This document shows, in pieces, positions 10,236 to 19,434 of a stretch of DNA of 64,000 nucleotides (positions are counted from its first letter, which is position 1; each line of letters opens with the position of its first letter). Under the pieces are notes generated by a model. It was not told the origin of the DNA and searched no databases. It was given only the letters and a program-made list of their open reading frames with translations. The DNA is from Gammaproteobacteria bacterium (lineage in GTDB: Bacteria > Pseudomonadota > Gammaproteobacteria > G965277405): positions 2,016,001-2,080,000 of the forward strand of contig OZ255726.1 in the NCBI GenBank assembly GCA_965277405.1, written 5' to 3'. The translations under genes were made by a program, and so were the position numbers.

Positions 10236-10598
10236 TTATTGCTGATTTTTTTTTGCAACATCAGCAAACCGCAGCGCTGGCTTGTTGTCGCAAATTGGCA
10301 AAGGGATTTTTTGTGCGTCGATGATGTCTTTAAAATACGGCGCCACTTGCCGCATATCGACAACATCCACTGTGTAGGGCAAGTGGGATTCGTCAAAGGC
10401 GCGGCTGAGCTGCCTGGAGGTGGAGTGGGCAAGCGCACTTGGGGCTTGGATGGCGATATCCAAATCTGAATTGTGTCTGGTGTGACCGTTGGCGCGGCTG
10501 CCAAACACCCAGACGCGGGTATCATGTGGCAAGATGCTTTGCAATATCTCTTGCACTATGGCGAGTTCTGGTGTTGTTATATCAAGTTGTGCGGTCAT
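10236..10598 (-). CDS. Minimal nucleotidyltransferase (MNT) antitoxin
   Basis: VWVFGSRANGHTRHNSDLD = GS-X10-DXD; LPYTVDVVD. Confidence 0.9.
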   Translation of the reverse strand: MTAQLDITTPELAIVQEILQSILPHDTRVWVFGSRANGHTRHNSDLDIAIQAPSALAHSTSRQLSRAFDESHLPYTVDVVDMRQVAPYFKDIIDAQKIPLPICDNKPALRFADVAKKNQQ

Positions 10599-11032
10599 TT
10601 TTCACCGTTATGCTTGGCTGGCAGGGCGTGCAATAGATAGTCCACTTCATTGCAGAAGGTGTGAATGTCTTGCATGATTTTCAGCACTACATCAAGGTTG
10701 TAACCGTGGGCGGTTTTATTGCGATTGTCTCGATACAACCACCAGCTGTCCCAGCTGCTTTTAATGATTTTTTGGCTGTATGCCTCACGTATTTTGCCCT
10801 GAAAGCTCATTTCGTGTACTGCGCTTGGGTTGGCTGCTGCCATCGAGAGGTGGCGAGTGATCATTTTGGCGGCAAGGTCATAACAGTATTCGAAACGTTG
10901 GATGCAGGCGTCGCGCACAAATTCGTTGCTGGTGTCTTTGTTATATTCGTCTAACGCTAGTTTGAAGCTGGTCAAAGCTTTGTCTAATGAGGTTAGATCA
11001 AGGGTTGCTGTTATGTGTTTCTTTGTATTCAT
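10595..11032 (-). CDS. HEPN (HI0074 family) ribonuclease toxin
   Basis: RDACIQRFEYCY and RNKTAH (R-X4-H); ATGA overlap with the MNT gene; probable start MNTKKH. Confidence 0.9.
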   Translation of the reverse strand: MNTKKHITATLDLTSLDKALTSFKLALDEYNKDTSNEFVRDACIQRFEYCYDLAAKMITRHLSMAAANPSAVHEMSFQGKIREAYSQKIIKSSWDSWWLYRDNRNKTAHGYNLDVVLKIMQDIHTFCNEVDYLLHALPAKHNGEK

Positions 11033-11178
11033 TGGCAAGCCATTGCTAAAATGTAGTAAGGCATTCAGCCCACAATACAAATAAATCGGAGTTATTGTAA
11101 GGGATGTAAAGGTTTAATAAATTGCTAATACAAGAATACTGCAAATGAAACCCCACGATAGCGCTTGCAGCTATTGAT

Positions 11179-11853
11179 TCATGGTTTAGCGTATTTCAGC
11201 GCTTGGATTGCCTGGGTATAGCCACCGCCGGCATCTGGGTTGTTGAATATCGCGCTGCCAGCAACAACCACACTGGCGCCTGCATTTTGGACGGCTTGGA
11301 CGGTATGGCTGTTGATGCCTCCGTCAACTTGGAGTTCGATGTGCCTGCCAGTCGTATGGTGGTGAGCGTCTATGCGCAGCTTTGCCGCAGCTATTGTATG
11401 CAGTGTGTGCGGAATGAATGTTTGCCCACCGAACCCTGGATTAACGCTCATCAGCAACACTAGGTCGATCAGATGGATGGTGTGATCCAACCAAGTTAAG
11501 CTGGTGGCGGGGTTTAATGCAATCCCCGGTTGACAGCCGTGGTCGCGAATTAACGCAATAGTGCGGTCAACGTGTTTGGTTGCTTCAGGGTGGAAGGTGA
11601 TGGTGTTGGCGCCTGCTTTGGCAAAGGCGATAGCAATTGCATCGACTGGCTCAACCATCAAATGTACATCTATTGGAATTTCTACTAACGGGCGGATAGC
11701 AGCACATACCATGGGACCTATGGTTAGATTAGGTACAAAATGATTGTCCATGGCATCGAGGTGGATCCAATCTGCTCCAGCATGCTGCACAGCCTGCACT
11801 TCTACACCAAGCCGCGCAAAGTCTGCGGATAAAATTGATGGGGCGATAATCAC
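11179..11853 (-). CDS. rpe: Ribulose-phosphate 3-epimerase
   Basis: IAPSILSADFARL, HLDAMDNHFVPNLT, DVHLMV, MSVNPGFGGQ, VDGGI. Confidence 0.97.
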   Translation of the reverse strand: MIIAPSILSADFARLGVEVQAVQHAGADWIHLDAMDNHFVPNLTIGPMVCAAIRPLVEIPIDVHLMVEPVDAIAIAFAKAGANTITFHPEATKHVDRTIALIRDHGCQPGIALNPATSLTWLDHTIHLIDLVLLMSVNPGFGGQTFIPHTLHTIAAAKLRIDAHHHTTGRHIELQVDGGINSHTVQAVQNAGASVVVAGSAIFNNPDAGGGYTQAIQALKYAKP

Positions 11854-12107
11854 ATCTGGTCAACTGTTAAAATAAAAGGTTCGTGAAGTGTAGCAAATGC
11901 GTGGATACGCTAGCTGATGCAAGCTATTTATAATCTGGTTTGCGGTCAACTGCGCGCATTTTAGCTGTGGATACCAATGACACGCTAGCAAACAGATTAG
12001 CATGTTTAGCTGTAGATATATATACACAAGATGTGTACCGTACCGAGACATTATTCAATAAATTATCACATACAATACATGAATTTCACTTGGGAAAACG
12101 GCTAGAT

Positions 12108-13031
12108 ATGACGGTGGCCCAGCGCGGTTATGCGTTTGCTTTTTCGGGAACAATATTTGTAACGCTGTATGTGTTAACGTTTTCAAAATTGGCAGAAACA
12201 CTCCCGGTGGGGGTGGCTACTTTTTTATTACTGTTGTCGGCGTTGCTGCTCAATAGCATTATGTTGCTGGTCAAGAAAAGCAAAAATTGGGCTAAAAAAG
12301 CAAAATCTGAATTTACTGTTGCCAGCGCTGCCCAGCTGGTGTTGATAGCGATTAGCTCAATTTTGGGAAACCAGTTTGTCTTTCTATCGTATGAGCATAT
12401 TTCTCCAGCGCTGACGAATATTATGCAACGCACTGAGTTGTTGTTTGTGATAGTCCTTGGAGCATTGTTGTTTGCCGAACGGATAACGTATCACGTGGTT
12501 ATTGCCGCATTGTTGGTGGTAATGGGCATTATTATCATCAATTACCATCCAAGTATGTTTGAAATAGGACATTGGTTTGGTCCAATTTTTGCAATATTAG
12601 CTGGGGTCAGTTTCGCAATAATGATTGTAATGATACGCTATAGTAGTCATTATTTTTCGGTAACGTTGATAAATCAATACCGACTGCTGATTGCAGTTGT
12701 GATTTTGGCTGCCGTTCCTGGGGTATTGCAGCGGTTGTATTCTGTAAATCTTGAGGAAGTGATGTACGCGTTTCTCGCCGCATTTGGCGGGCCTTTTATT
12801 TCTCGGCTGTGTTATATCCGCGCGGTTGCATATTTGCCGGTTGCTAGTATTTCGTTGATTGGAACAAGTTCGCCCGTGCTTACGTTGTTGGCGATGATGG
12901 TTATTTATAATATTTATCCAACGTTCAACCAATTGATTGGCGGCGCAATGGTACTGTTTGCCGTAGTGTTTCTAGTATTGTCTAAACCTGAAAAATTGCC
13001 GAATGTCAAAACTAAAGCGGAATTAACCTAA
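12108..13031 (+). CDS. DMT/EamA family transporter
   Basis: About 10 hydrophobic helices in two EamA-like halves; probable start MTVAQR at 12108. Confidence 0.8.
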   Translation: MTVAQRGYAFAFSGTIFVTLYVLTFSKLAETLPVGVATFLLLLSALLLNSIMLLVKKSKNWAKKAKSEFTVASAAQLVLIAISSILGNQFVFLSYEHISPALTNIMQRTELLFVIVLGALLFAERITYHVVIAALLVVMGIIIINYHPSMFEIGHWFGPIFAILAGVSFAIMIVMIRYSSHYFSVTLINQYRLLIAVVILAAVPGVLQRLYSVNLEEVMYAFLAAFGGPFISRLCYIRAVAYLPVASISLIGTSSPVLTLLAMMVIYNIYPTFNQLIGGAMVLFAVVFLVLSKPEKLPNVKTKAELT

Positions 13032-13319
13032 GGAACCTCTGATTAAGTCGCTGATGGAGCGAGTTTGATGGCAATTGTTGATGATTGCAAGGCGCAAACC
13101 GCTGAGCGCATGCTGTAGCATATACGCCAAGGGATGCAACACAGCAAGCACCGCAATTGCCGCAAACCCAAAGTATATTCAACAGATGGACGGAAAAAAA
13201 CACTGCGCTAACGTCGTTGCAGCACTTGATAATACCACCAGTATTATCTGCGCACTGCGTCTAGTTATCATCAGCGTTTTTTCTCCGTCTCGCCCATCAT
13301 GGACTTAATCAGAGGTTCC
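13032..13319 (+). mobile_element. IS5-type MITE (288 bp), complete
   Basis: TIRs GGAACCTCTGATTAAGTC / GACTTAATCAGAGGTTCC, CTAA on both sides, no transposase, further copies in window. Confidence 0.95.
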
Positions 13320-13323
13320 CTAA

Positions 13324-14531
13324 GGAATCTCTGATTAAGTCCCAAACAACAGCAATATCAGCTACAAAGATATACAATGGTGAATCTATTTGAATATTTG
13401 AATAAGCGGATAATCTTATGAAACAAACAACTTTTGCCAGTGCTGCATACGACCACAAGAAAGTAACAACAAAACGTGAAAAATTCTTGCAGTTAATGGA
13501 CAAATTAGCTCCATGGCAACAGTTGTTAGAGTTAATAGAACCGCATTATCCCAAGAAAGGGAATGGCCGCCCACCGATTAATATGCAGACCATGTTACGC
13601 ATTTATTTTTTACAGCAATGGTACAACTTATCAGACCCAGGGGTAGAAGAAGCACTATATGACATGGAAAGCATGCGGCGTTTTGCCCATATAGAGCTGA
13701 TAGACGATGCCATCCCTGATGAAACCACCATCTTGAACTTCCGCAGGATCATAGAAAAACATCAACTCAGCGTAAAGATACTTGCTGTGGTGAATGAGTA
13801 TTGTATGGAAAATAATATAATAATCTCACAAGGGACAATGGTTGATGCCACGACCATCAATGCGCCATCATCTACGAAGAATAAAGAGAAAAAACGGGAT
13901 CCTGAAATGCATCAAACCCGCAAAGGCAATCAGTGGTATTTTGGCATGAAGATTCATATAGGAACTGACGCTAATAGCAATATGATTCATAGCGCGACAG
14001 TTACAGCCGCGAATGAAGCTGACATCAATGAACTCCCCAAATTGCTGCGTGAAACAGATAAGGTTATCTTTGCCGATGCAGGATATACGAGCGACAGTTA
14101 TAAACGCGGCTCGCGTCACCTTGGGATAGATTGGCGCGTGAATGATAAACGTAAACCAAAGCAGCAAATGAGCGGCTCGCAGCGCAAACGCAATAGACAG
14201 AACTCTAAGGTGCGCGCCCGGATTGAGCACTGTTTTCGGGTAATCAAATGTCAGTTTGGTTATAAGAAAGCTCGCTACAAAGGACTAGAAAAGAATCGAG
14301 TACAAGTATTTTCTTTGCTTGCATTGACGAACTTATACATGCTGCGAGGACGACTAACAGGATAGAACCGCCCAAAATTCAAGAAAAACAATAAAAAACA
14401 GTAAAAAACAGTAAAACAGCAACAGAAGATCTGCGAAATGGTCAAATATTGACCATTGAAAATTATTGCTATTATTTTTTTGGAGTATATGCGAGTTATT
14501 GGAGTATATGAGCGTCTTAATCAGAGCTTCC
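13324..14531 (+). mobile_element. IS5-family insertion sequence, copy 1
   Basis: TIRs GGAATCTCTGATTAAG / CTTAATCAGAGCTTCC, CTAA flanks at 13320-13323 and 14532-14535. Confidence 0.95.
13418..14365 (+). CDS. IS5-family DDE transposase
   Basis: MLRIYFLQQWYNLSDP, PDETTILNFR, VDAT, WYFGMKIHIG, FADAGY, RARIEH.FRVIK. Confidence 0.97.
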   Translation: MKQTTFASAAYDHKKVTTKREKFLQLMDKLAPWQQLLELIEPHYPKKGNGRPPINMQTMLRIYFLQQWYNLSDPGVEEALYDMESMRRFAHIELIDDAIPDETTILNFRRIIEKHQLSVKILAVVNEYCMENNIIISQGTMVDATTINAPSSTKNKEKKRDPEMHQTRKGNQWYFGMKIHIGTDANSNMIHSATVTAANEADINELPKLLRETDKVIFADAGYTSDSYKRGSRHLGIDWRVNDKRKPKQQMSGSQRKRNRQNSKVRARIEHCFRVIKCQFGYKKARYKGLEKNRVQVFSLLALTNLYMLRGRLTG

Positions 14532-14535
14532 CTAA

Positions 14536-15773
14536 GGAATCTCTGATTAAGTCCCAAACAACAGCAATATCAGCTACAAAGATATACAATGGTGAATCTA
14601 TTTGAATATTTGAATAAGCGGATAATCTTATGAAACAAACAACTTTTGCCAGTGCTGCATACGACCACAAGAAAGTAACAACAAAACGTGAAAAATTCTT
14701 GCAGTCGATGGACAAATTAGCTCCATGGCAACGGTTGTTAGCGTTAATAGAACCGCATTATCCCAAGAAAGGGAATGGCCGCCCACCAATTAATATGCAG
14801 ACCATGTTACGCGTTTATTGTTTACAGCAATGGTACAACTTATCAGACCCAGGGGTAGAAGAAGCACTATATGACATGGAAAGCATGCGGCGTTTTGCCC
14901 ATATAGAGCTGATAGACGATGCCATCCCTGATGAAACTACCATCTTGAACTTCCGCAGGATCATAGAAAAGCATCAACTCAGCGTCAAGATACTTGCTGT
15001 GGTGAATGAGTATTGTATGGAAAATAATATAACAATCTCACAAGGGTCGATGGTTGATGCCACGATCATCCATGCACCATCATCTACGAAGAATAAAGAG
15101 AAAGCCCGTGATCCTGAAATGCATCAAACAAGGAAAGGCAATCAGTGGTATTTTGGCATGAAGATTCATATAGGAACTGACGCTAATAGCAATATGATTC
15201 ATAGCGCGGCAATGCCTACCACCACAGCCGCGAATGAAGCTGACATCAATGAACTCCCAAAATTGCTGCGTGAAACAGATAAGGTTATCTTTGCCGATGC
15301 AGGATATACGAGCGACAGTTATAAACGCGGCTCGCGTCACCTTGGGATAGATTGGCGCGTGAATGATAAACGTAAACCAAAGCAGCAAATGAGCGGCTCG
15401 CAGCGCAAACGCAATAGACAGAACTCTAAGGTGCGCGCCCGGATTGAGCACTGTTTTCGGGTAATCAAATGTCAGTTTGGTTATAAGAAAGCTCGCTACA
15501 AAGGACTAGAAAAGAATCGAGTACAAGTATTTTCTTTGCTTGCATTGACGAACTTATACATGCTGCGAGGACGACTAACAGGATAGAACCGCCCAAAATT
15601 CAAGAAAAACAGTAAAAAACAAGAAAAACAGTAAAAAACAGTAAAAAAACAGTAAAACAGCAACACGAAGATCAGCGAAATGATCAAATATTGACCATTG
15701 AAAATTATTGCTATTATTTTTTTGGAGTATATGCGAGTTATTGGAGTATATGAGCGTCTTAATCAGAACTTCC
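14536..15773 (+). mobile_element. IS5-family insertion sequence, copy 2
   Basis: Same TIRs, CTAA flanks at 14532-14535 and 15774-15777; similar but not identical to copy 1. Confidence 0.95.
14630..15586 (+). CDS. IS5-family DDE transposase (3 aa longer than copy 1)
   Basis: Same motifs; SAAMPTTTAAN versus SATVTAAN. Confidence 0.97.
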   Translation: MKQTTFASAAYDHKKVTTKREKFLQSMDKLAPWQRLLALIEPHYPKKGNGRPPINMQTMLRVYCLQQWYNLSDPGVEEALYDMESMRRFAHIELIDDAIPDETTILNFRRIIEKHQLSVKILAVVNEYCMENNITISQGSMVDATIIHAPSSTKNKEKARDPEMHQTRKGNQWYFGMKIHIGTDANSNMIHSAAMPTTTAANEADINELPKLLRETDKVIFADAGYTSDSYKRGSRHLGIDWRVNDKRKPKQQMSGSQRKRNRQNSKVRARIEHCFRVIKCQFGYKKARYKGLEKNRVQVFSLLALTNLYMLRGRLTG

Positions 15774-15784
15774 CTAAGGAAAAC

Positions 15785-17686
15785 ATGAATTCCACGTATA
15801 CAGCCAATTCAATTGAAGTGCTAACAGGGTTAGACCCTGTCCGCAAGCGCCCAGGCATGTATACAGATACAGCGTCACCGAACCATCTTGCCCAAGAAGT
15901 TATAGACAACTCTATCGACGAAGCAATCGCGGGTTTTGCCAAAACCATGATTGTTGAGTTATACCCTGACCATTCGTTTGCCGTGACCGATGATGGCCGT
16001 GGCATGCCGACGGACATCCACCCAGAACATGGTATCAGCGGGGTTGAATTGATTTTTACTCGCCTGCATGCTGGCGGAAAATTTTCGAACGCTACCTATC
16101 GTTATTCTGGCGGGTTGCACGGTGTTGGGGTGTCGGTCGTCAACGCATTGTCGACGTGGCTTGAGGTTAAAGTGTGGCGCAGTGGGGTGGTGCAAGGAAT
16201 GCGCTTTGAACATGGTTACAAAGCAACAGAATTACAGCAGATAGACACATGCAGTAAACAAAAAACTGGCACTTTTGTCCATTTTTATCCTGATTCAACA
16301 TATTTTGACTCGCATAAATTTTCTAGTACTGCGCTAAAACACTTGCTGAAAGCCAAAGCAGTGCTGTGCCCAAACATCACCATTACCCTAAAAAACCACT
16401 GTACTGGCGAAGTTGATAGCTGGCATTACCCAGCTGGGTTAGAGCAATACATCCAGCAGACTTTAACGGCACCAACCTTGCTGTCCGCGCTGTATCACGG
16501 CGAGTTTAAAAACGGCGAACAAGAAATTGTTTGGGGGTTACAATGGCAGGAAGATGGCTCATCTGCATGCTTAGAAAGCTATGTCAATTTAATCCCAACG
16601 CTACAAGACGGTACCCATGTTAATGGATTTCGCAGCGGGCTGCTGTCGGCAATCAGAGAGTTTTGTGAATTTCGCAAACTTTTGCCACGCGGGGTAAAAA
16701 TTACTGCAGACGACGTCATGAATGGCTGTTGCTATGTCCTTGCGTATAAGCACGATAACCCGCAATTTACTGGGCAAACTAAAGAGCGTCTGTCGTCACG
16801 TCAAGCTGCAACATTTGTGCAGAATGTCCTCAAAGATGACTTTAGTTTATGGCTGTCACAGCATCCAAAAGATGGGGAGAATCTGGCGCAACATATTATT
16901 AGTGTTGCTCAGAACAGACTAAAAAACGCCAAAAATATCGAACGAAAAAAAATCTCTGCTGGTCCAAAACTTCCTGGAAAACTTGCCGATTGTTCCAGTG
17001 CAGACCCTAGTCAATGTGAGTTATTCTTGGTCGAAGGTGACTCTGCAGGGGGGTCTGCGAAACAAGCGCGTGATCGTGAGTTTCAAGCAATCATGCCATT
17101 GCGGGGTAAAATTCTAAATACTTGGGAGTCGAACAGCAGCGACATTCTCGCATCAGAAACCATCCGCGATATTTCATTGGCAATCGGCGTTGACCCCAGC
17201 AAGGGTGATATTCGGGCATTGCGCTATCATAAAATTTGTATCCTGGCTGATGCCGATTCAGATGGTCAACACATCGCCACATTACTCTGCGCATTGTTTT
17301 TGCGTCATTTTCCCGCATTGGTAGCAGCAGGGCATGTGTTTATTGCGATGCCGCCATTATTTCGTATTGATCATAACAAAGAGATTGCCTACGCATTAGA
17401 CGCCATAGAACGTGACCATTTTCTTGCACAATTTAGTAGTAAAAAAGGTAGTAGCCAAGTGACGCGATTTAAAGGTCTAGGCGAGATGAACCCCAGCCAA
17501 CTACGCGAGACCACTATTGCCCCAGCAACACGCAGATTGATGCAACTCCATGTTTCCCAACCACCTGCGACCAATGAAATAATGGACATGCTATTGGCAA
17601 AAAAGCGCGCCGGTGATCGGAGGGAGTGGCTCGAAAAAAACGGTAATCGCATCCAACAATTTGAGGATGAACTGACGACTAGCTAG
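15785..17686 (+). CDS. parE: DNA topoisomerase IV subunit B
   Basis: YTANSIEVLTGLDPVRKRPGMY, NHLAQEVIDNS, LFLVEGDSAGGSAKQARDR, PLRGKILN, LADADSDG; start at 15785 after AAGGA. Confidence 0.96.
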   Translation: MNSTYTANSIEVLTGLDPVRKRPGMYTDTASPNHLAQEVIDNSIDEAIAGFAKTMIVELYPDHSFAVTDDGRGMPTDIHPEHGISGVELIFTRLHAGGKFSNATYRYSGGLHGVGVSVVNALSTWLEVKVWRSGVVQGMRFEHGYKATELQQIDTCSKQKTGTFVHFYPDSTYFDSHKFSSTALKHLLKAKAVLCPNITITLKNHCTGEVDSWHYPAGLEQYIQQTLTAPTLLSALYHGEFKNGEQEIVWGLQWQEDGSSACLESYVNLIPTLQDGTHVNGFRSGLLSAIREFCEFRKLLPRGVKITADDVMNGCCYVLAYKHDNPQFTGQTKERLSSRQAATFVQNVLKDDFSLWLSQHPKDGENLAQHIISVAQNRLKNAKNIERKKISAGPKLPGKLADCSSADPSQCELFLVEGDSAGGSAKQARDREFQAIMPLRGKILNTWESNSSDILASETIRDISLAIGVDPSKGDIRALRYHKICILADADSDGQHIATLLCALFLRHFPALVAAGHVFIAMPPLFRIDHNKEIAYALDAIERDHFLAQFSSKKGSSQVTRFKGLGEMNPSQLRETTIAPATRRLMQLHVSQPPATNEIMDMLLAKKRAGDRREWLEKNGNRIQQFEDELTTS

Positions 17687-17724
17687 CGGCCATTGCAGCA
17701 ACGAGTTAAACAGCGATTGCTTAG

Positions 17725-18008
17725 GGAAGCTCTGATTAAGTCCATGATGGGCGAGACGGAGAAAAAACGCTGATGATAACTAGACGCAGTGCGCAGATAA
17801 TACTGGTGGTATTATCAAGTGCTGCAACGACGTTAGCGCAGCGTTTTTTCCCGTCCTTCTGTTGAATATACAACGGTTTGATGGTAGCGGTACTTGCTGT
17901 GTTGCATCCCTTGGCGTATATGCTACGGCATGCGCCTGCGGTTTGCGCCTTGCAATCATCAGCAATTACCATCAAACTCGCTCCATCAGCGACTTAATCA
18001 GAGCTTCC
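17725..18008 (-). mobile_element. IS5-type MITE, complete, inverted
   Basis: TIRs GGAAGCTCTGATTAAGTC / GACTTAATCAGAGCTTCC with TTAG duplicated on both sides. Confidence 0.95.
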
Positions 18009-18047
18009 TTAGATAGTCTAAGATAGTCTAGCGCATTATACAGCATT

Positions 18048-18842
18048 TTATGAGTCAAATAACCGAATTGCTGTACTGCACCAAGCAAGCAACAGCCCAA
18101 TCACGGTAATCAATACGTGGGCAACCACCATCGTTGCTGCAAAAGCTATCTCGTTGGTGCGCAGTTGTTGATACACATACTGGGCCATATTAGTTGGAGT
18201 GGTCGTATCAACAGTCGAAATAACATACCATGCGTCAAATTGATTTACTGCTACCAACAACGCAGCTGCGAATAACAACGGTATGCGTCGTCGCATATGG
18301 CTATGGCTGTAGCTAAAAAACATCAGCCATGTTGAAATCCGTTCAAGATTGCCGCGTTGGTATAATGACCCAGCACGCTGTTGTTGTTCGATGGTCAATA
18401 CCATTGTGAATATTGCAGAAAACCACCACACCTGCATCAACATCACGACAAAAGTACCGTTGGCAACGAGTTGCCACCACCATAGCGCCACCATACCTTG
18501 TGGCATAACCACCACAGCAAGACATATAATCAATGTAACGCTGCGCATATGAGGGTGAGCAACTATGACCATGGTAAACACACACGCAAAAAAATATCCA
18601 ATCACCGCAGCACCGACGCTATTCACCAGTGTCATCATCACGGCTGATATCCAGTTAATATCTACCAGCAATCCATATATTTCTCCATCTACGTGTTCGA
18701 CAAACATCCGCATACCAATCCATAAGTCATGCTCATGGGTGGCGTTGTAACCAAGTTTGCTGAACGCAATGTTGTATATTATTGCAATTACTGTGAGAAA
18801 TGGTGCAAGGCATAGCCAAGCGACGAGGTGTTGTTTTCGCAT
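18048..18842 (-). CDS. Membrane protein, divergent ABC transporter permease-like
   Basis: Multiple TM segments; layout and C-terminal (F..FD..Y..T....T..A.Y.Y) recall carbohydrate ABC permeases; EAA motif degenerate. Confidence 0.5.
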   Translation of the reverse strand: MRKQHLVAWLCLAPFLTVIAIIYNIAFSKLGYNATHEHDLWIGMRMFVEHVDGEIYGLLVDINWISAVMMTLVNSVGAAVIGYFFACVFTMVIVAHPHMRSVTLIICLAVVVMPQGMVALWWWQLVANGTFVVMLMQVWWFSAIFTMVLTIEQQQRAGSLYQRGNLERISTWLMFFSYSHSHMRRRIPLLFAAALLVAVNQFDAWYVISTVDTTTPTNMAQYVYQQLRTNEIAFAATMVVAHVLITVIGLLLAWCSTAIRLFDS

Positions 18843-19276
18843 TATGCTATTGGTGCTGCGAATGCAAGTAAGGCTGTTTGTAAATCATCGGGCAGTAAAT
18901 GTGATTTTTCTTTAATAACCTGGATGACCTTGGCGTCAACTACCAAGCGTGAATCGCTTGGCGGCGGTGTTTCATTGCGCGGGATAGGTCGAGTATGGAT
19001 TGATGTTGCCTGTTTAAATAATGGGTTTTCTTGGAGGATGCGCAAAATTTCTGCGCCACGGAATACCACAATAGCCATAATTTCCGCTCGCTCTGCAGTC
19101 ACAATAACCCGTGTTCTCTTCACAGCAAAACAGCGACACTGAGCGGAAATTGAGAGTTGTTGCAAGGATTGTTGAAATACAGCGTCCAATTGCAACGATG
19201 TAGCCAGAACATTAAACAATGTGTTGGCGTAAGCGCTGTGTTGTGACAATACAGCCATTCTTCCAATTGTTTGCAA
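18842..19276 (-). CDS. Hypothetical protein, possible DciA (DUF721) helicase loader
   Basis: 144 aa; CR..A.K..R.IV.A..A..M pattern, Pro-rich linker and terminal L..AL...A helix recall DciA. Confidence 0.45.
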   Translation of the reverse strand: MQTIGRMAVLSQHSAYANTLFNVLATSLQLDAVFQQSLQQLSISAQCRCFAVKRTRVIVTAERAEIMAIVVFRGAEILRILQENPLFKQATSIHTRPIPRNETPPPSDSRLVVDAKVIQVIKEKSHLLPDDLQTALLAFAAPIA

Positions 19277-19434
19277 GGGTATGCGCTCCTATTGATCTAA
19301 AATGTGCTGGCAGTATAAAACAAGACGCTTGCGATTTCATCGCAAAAATCAATGTTATATTTCCCAAAAACTATATAAAGCTATGCACAATACAGCTGTG
19401 ATGAGTTTTCATTGACTCTAATATTTTTATTGGA

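Noticed and set aside
13075-13308. Recurrent 60-140 aa ORFs (MLMIARRKP...) here and at 17736, 25714, 36516, 42794 and 56774
   Set aside because: All lie inside MITE copies and their frames and stops differ between copies; not conserved coding sequence
15698-15784. N-terminal extension of ParE (and of DnaG at 25648-25746)
   Set aside because: The ORF simply runs into IS or MITE sequence; family homology begins at the downstream ATG
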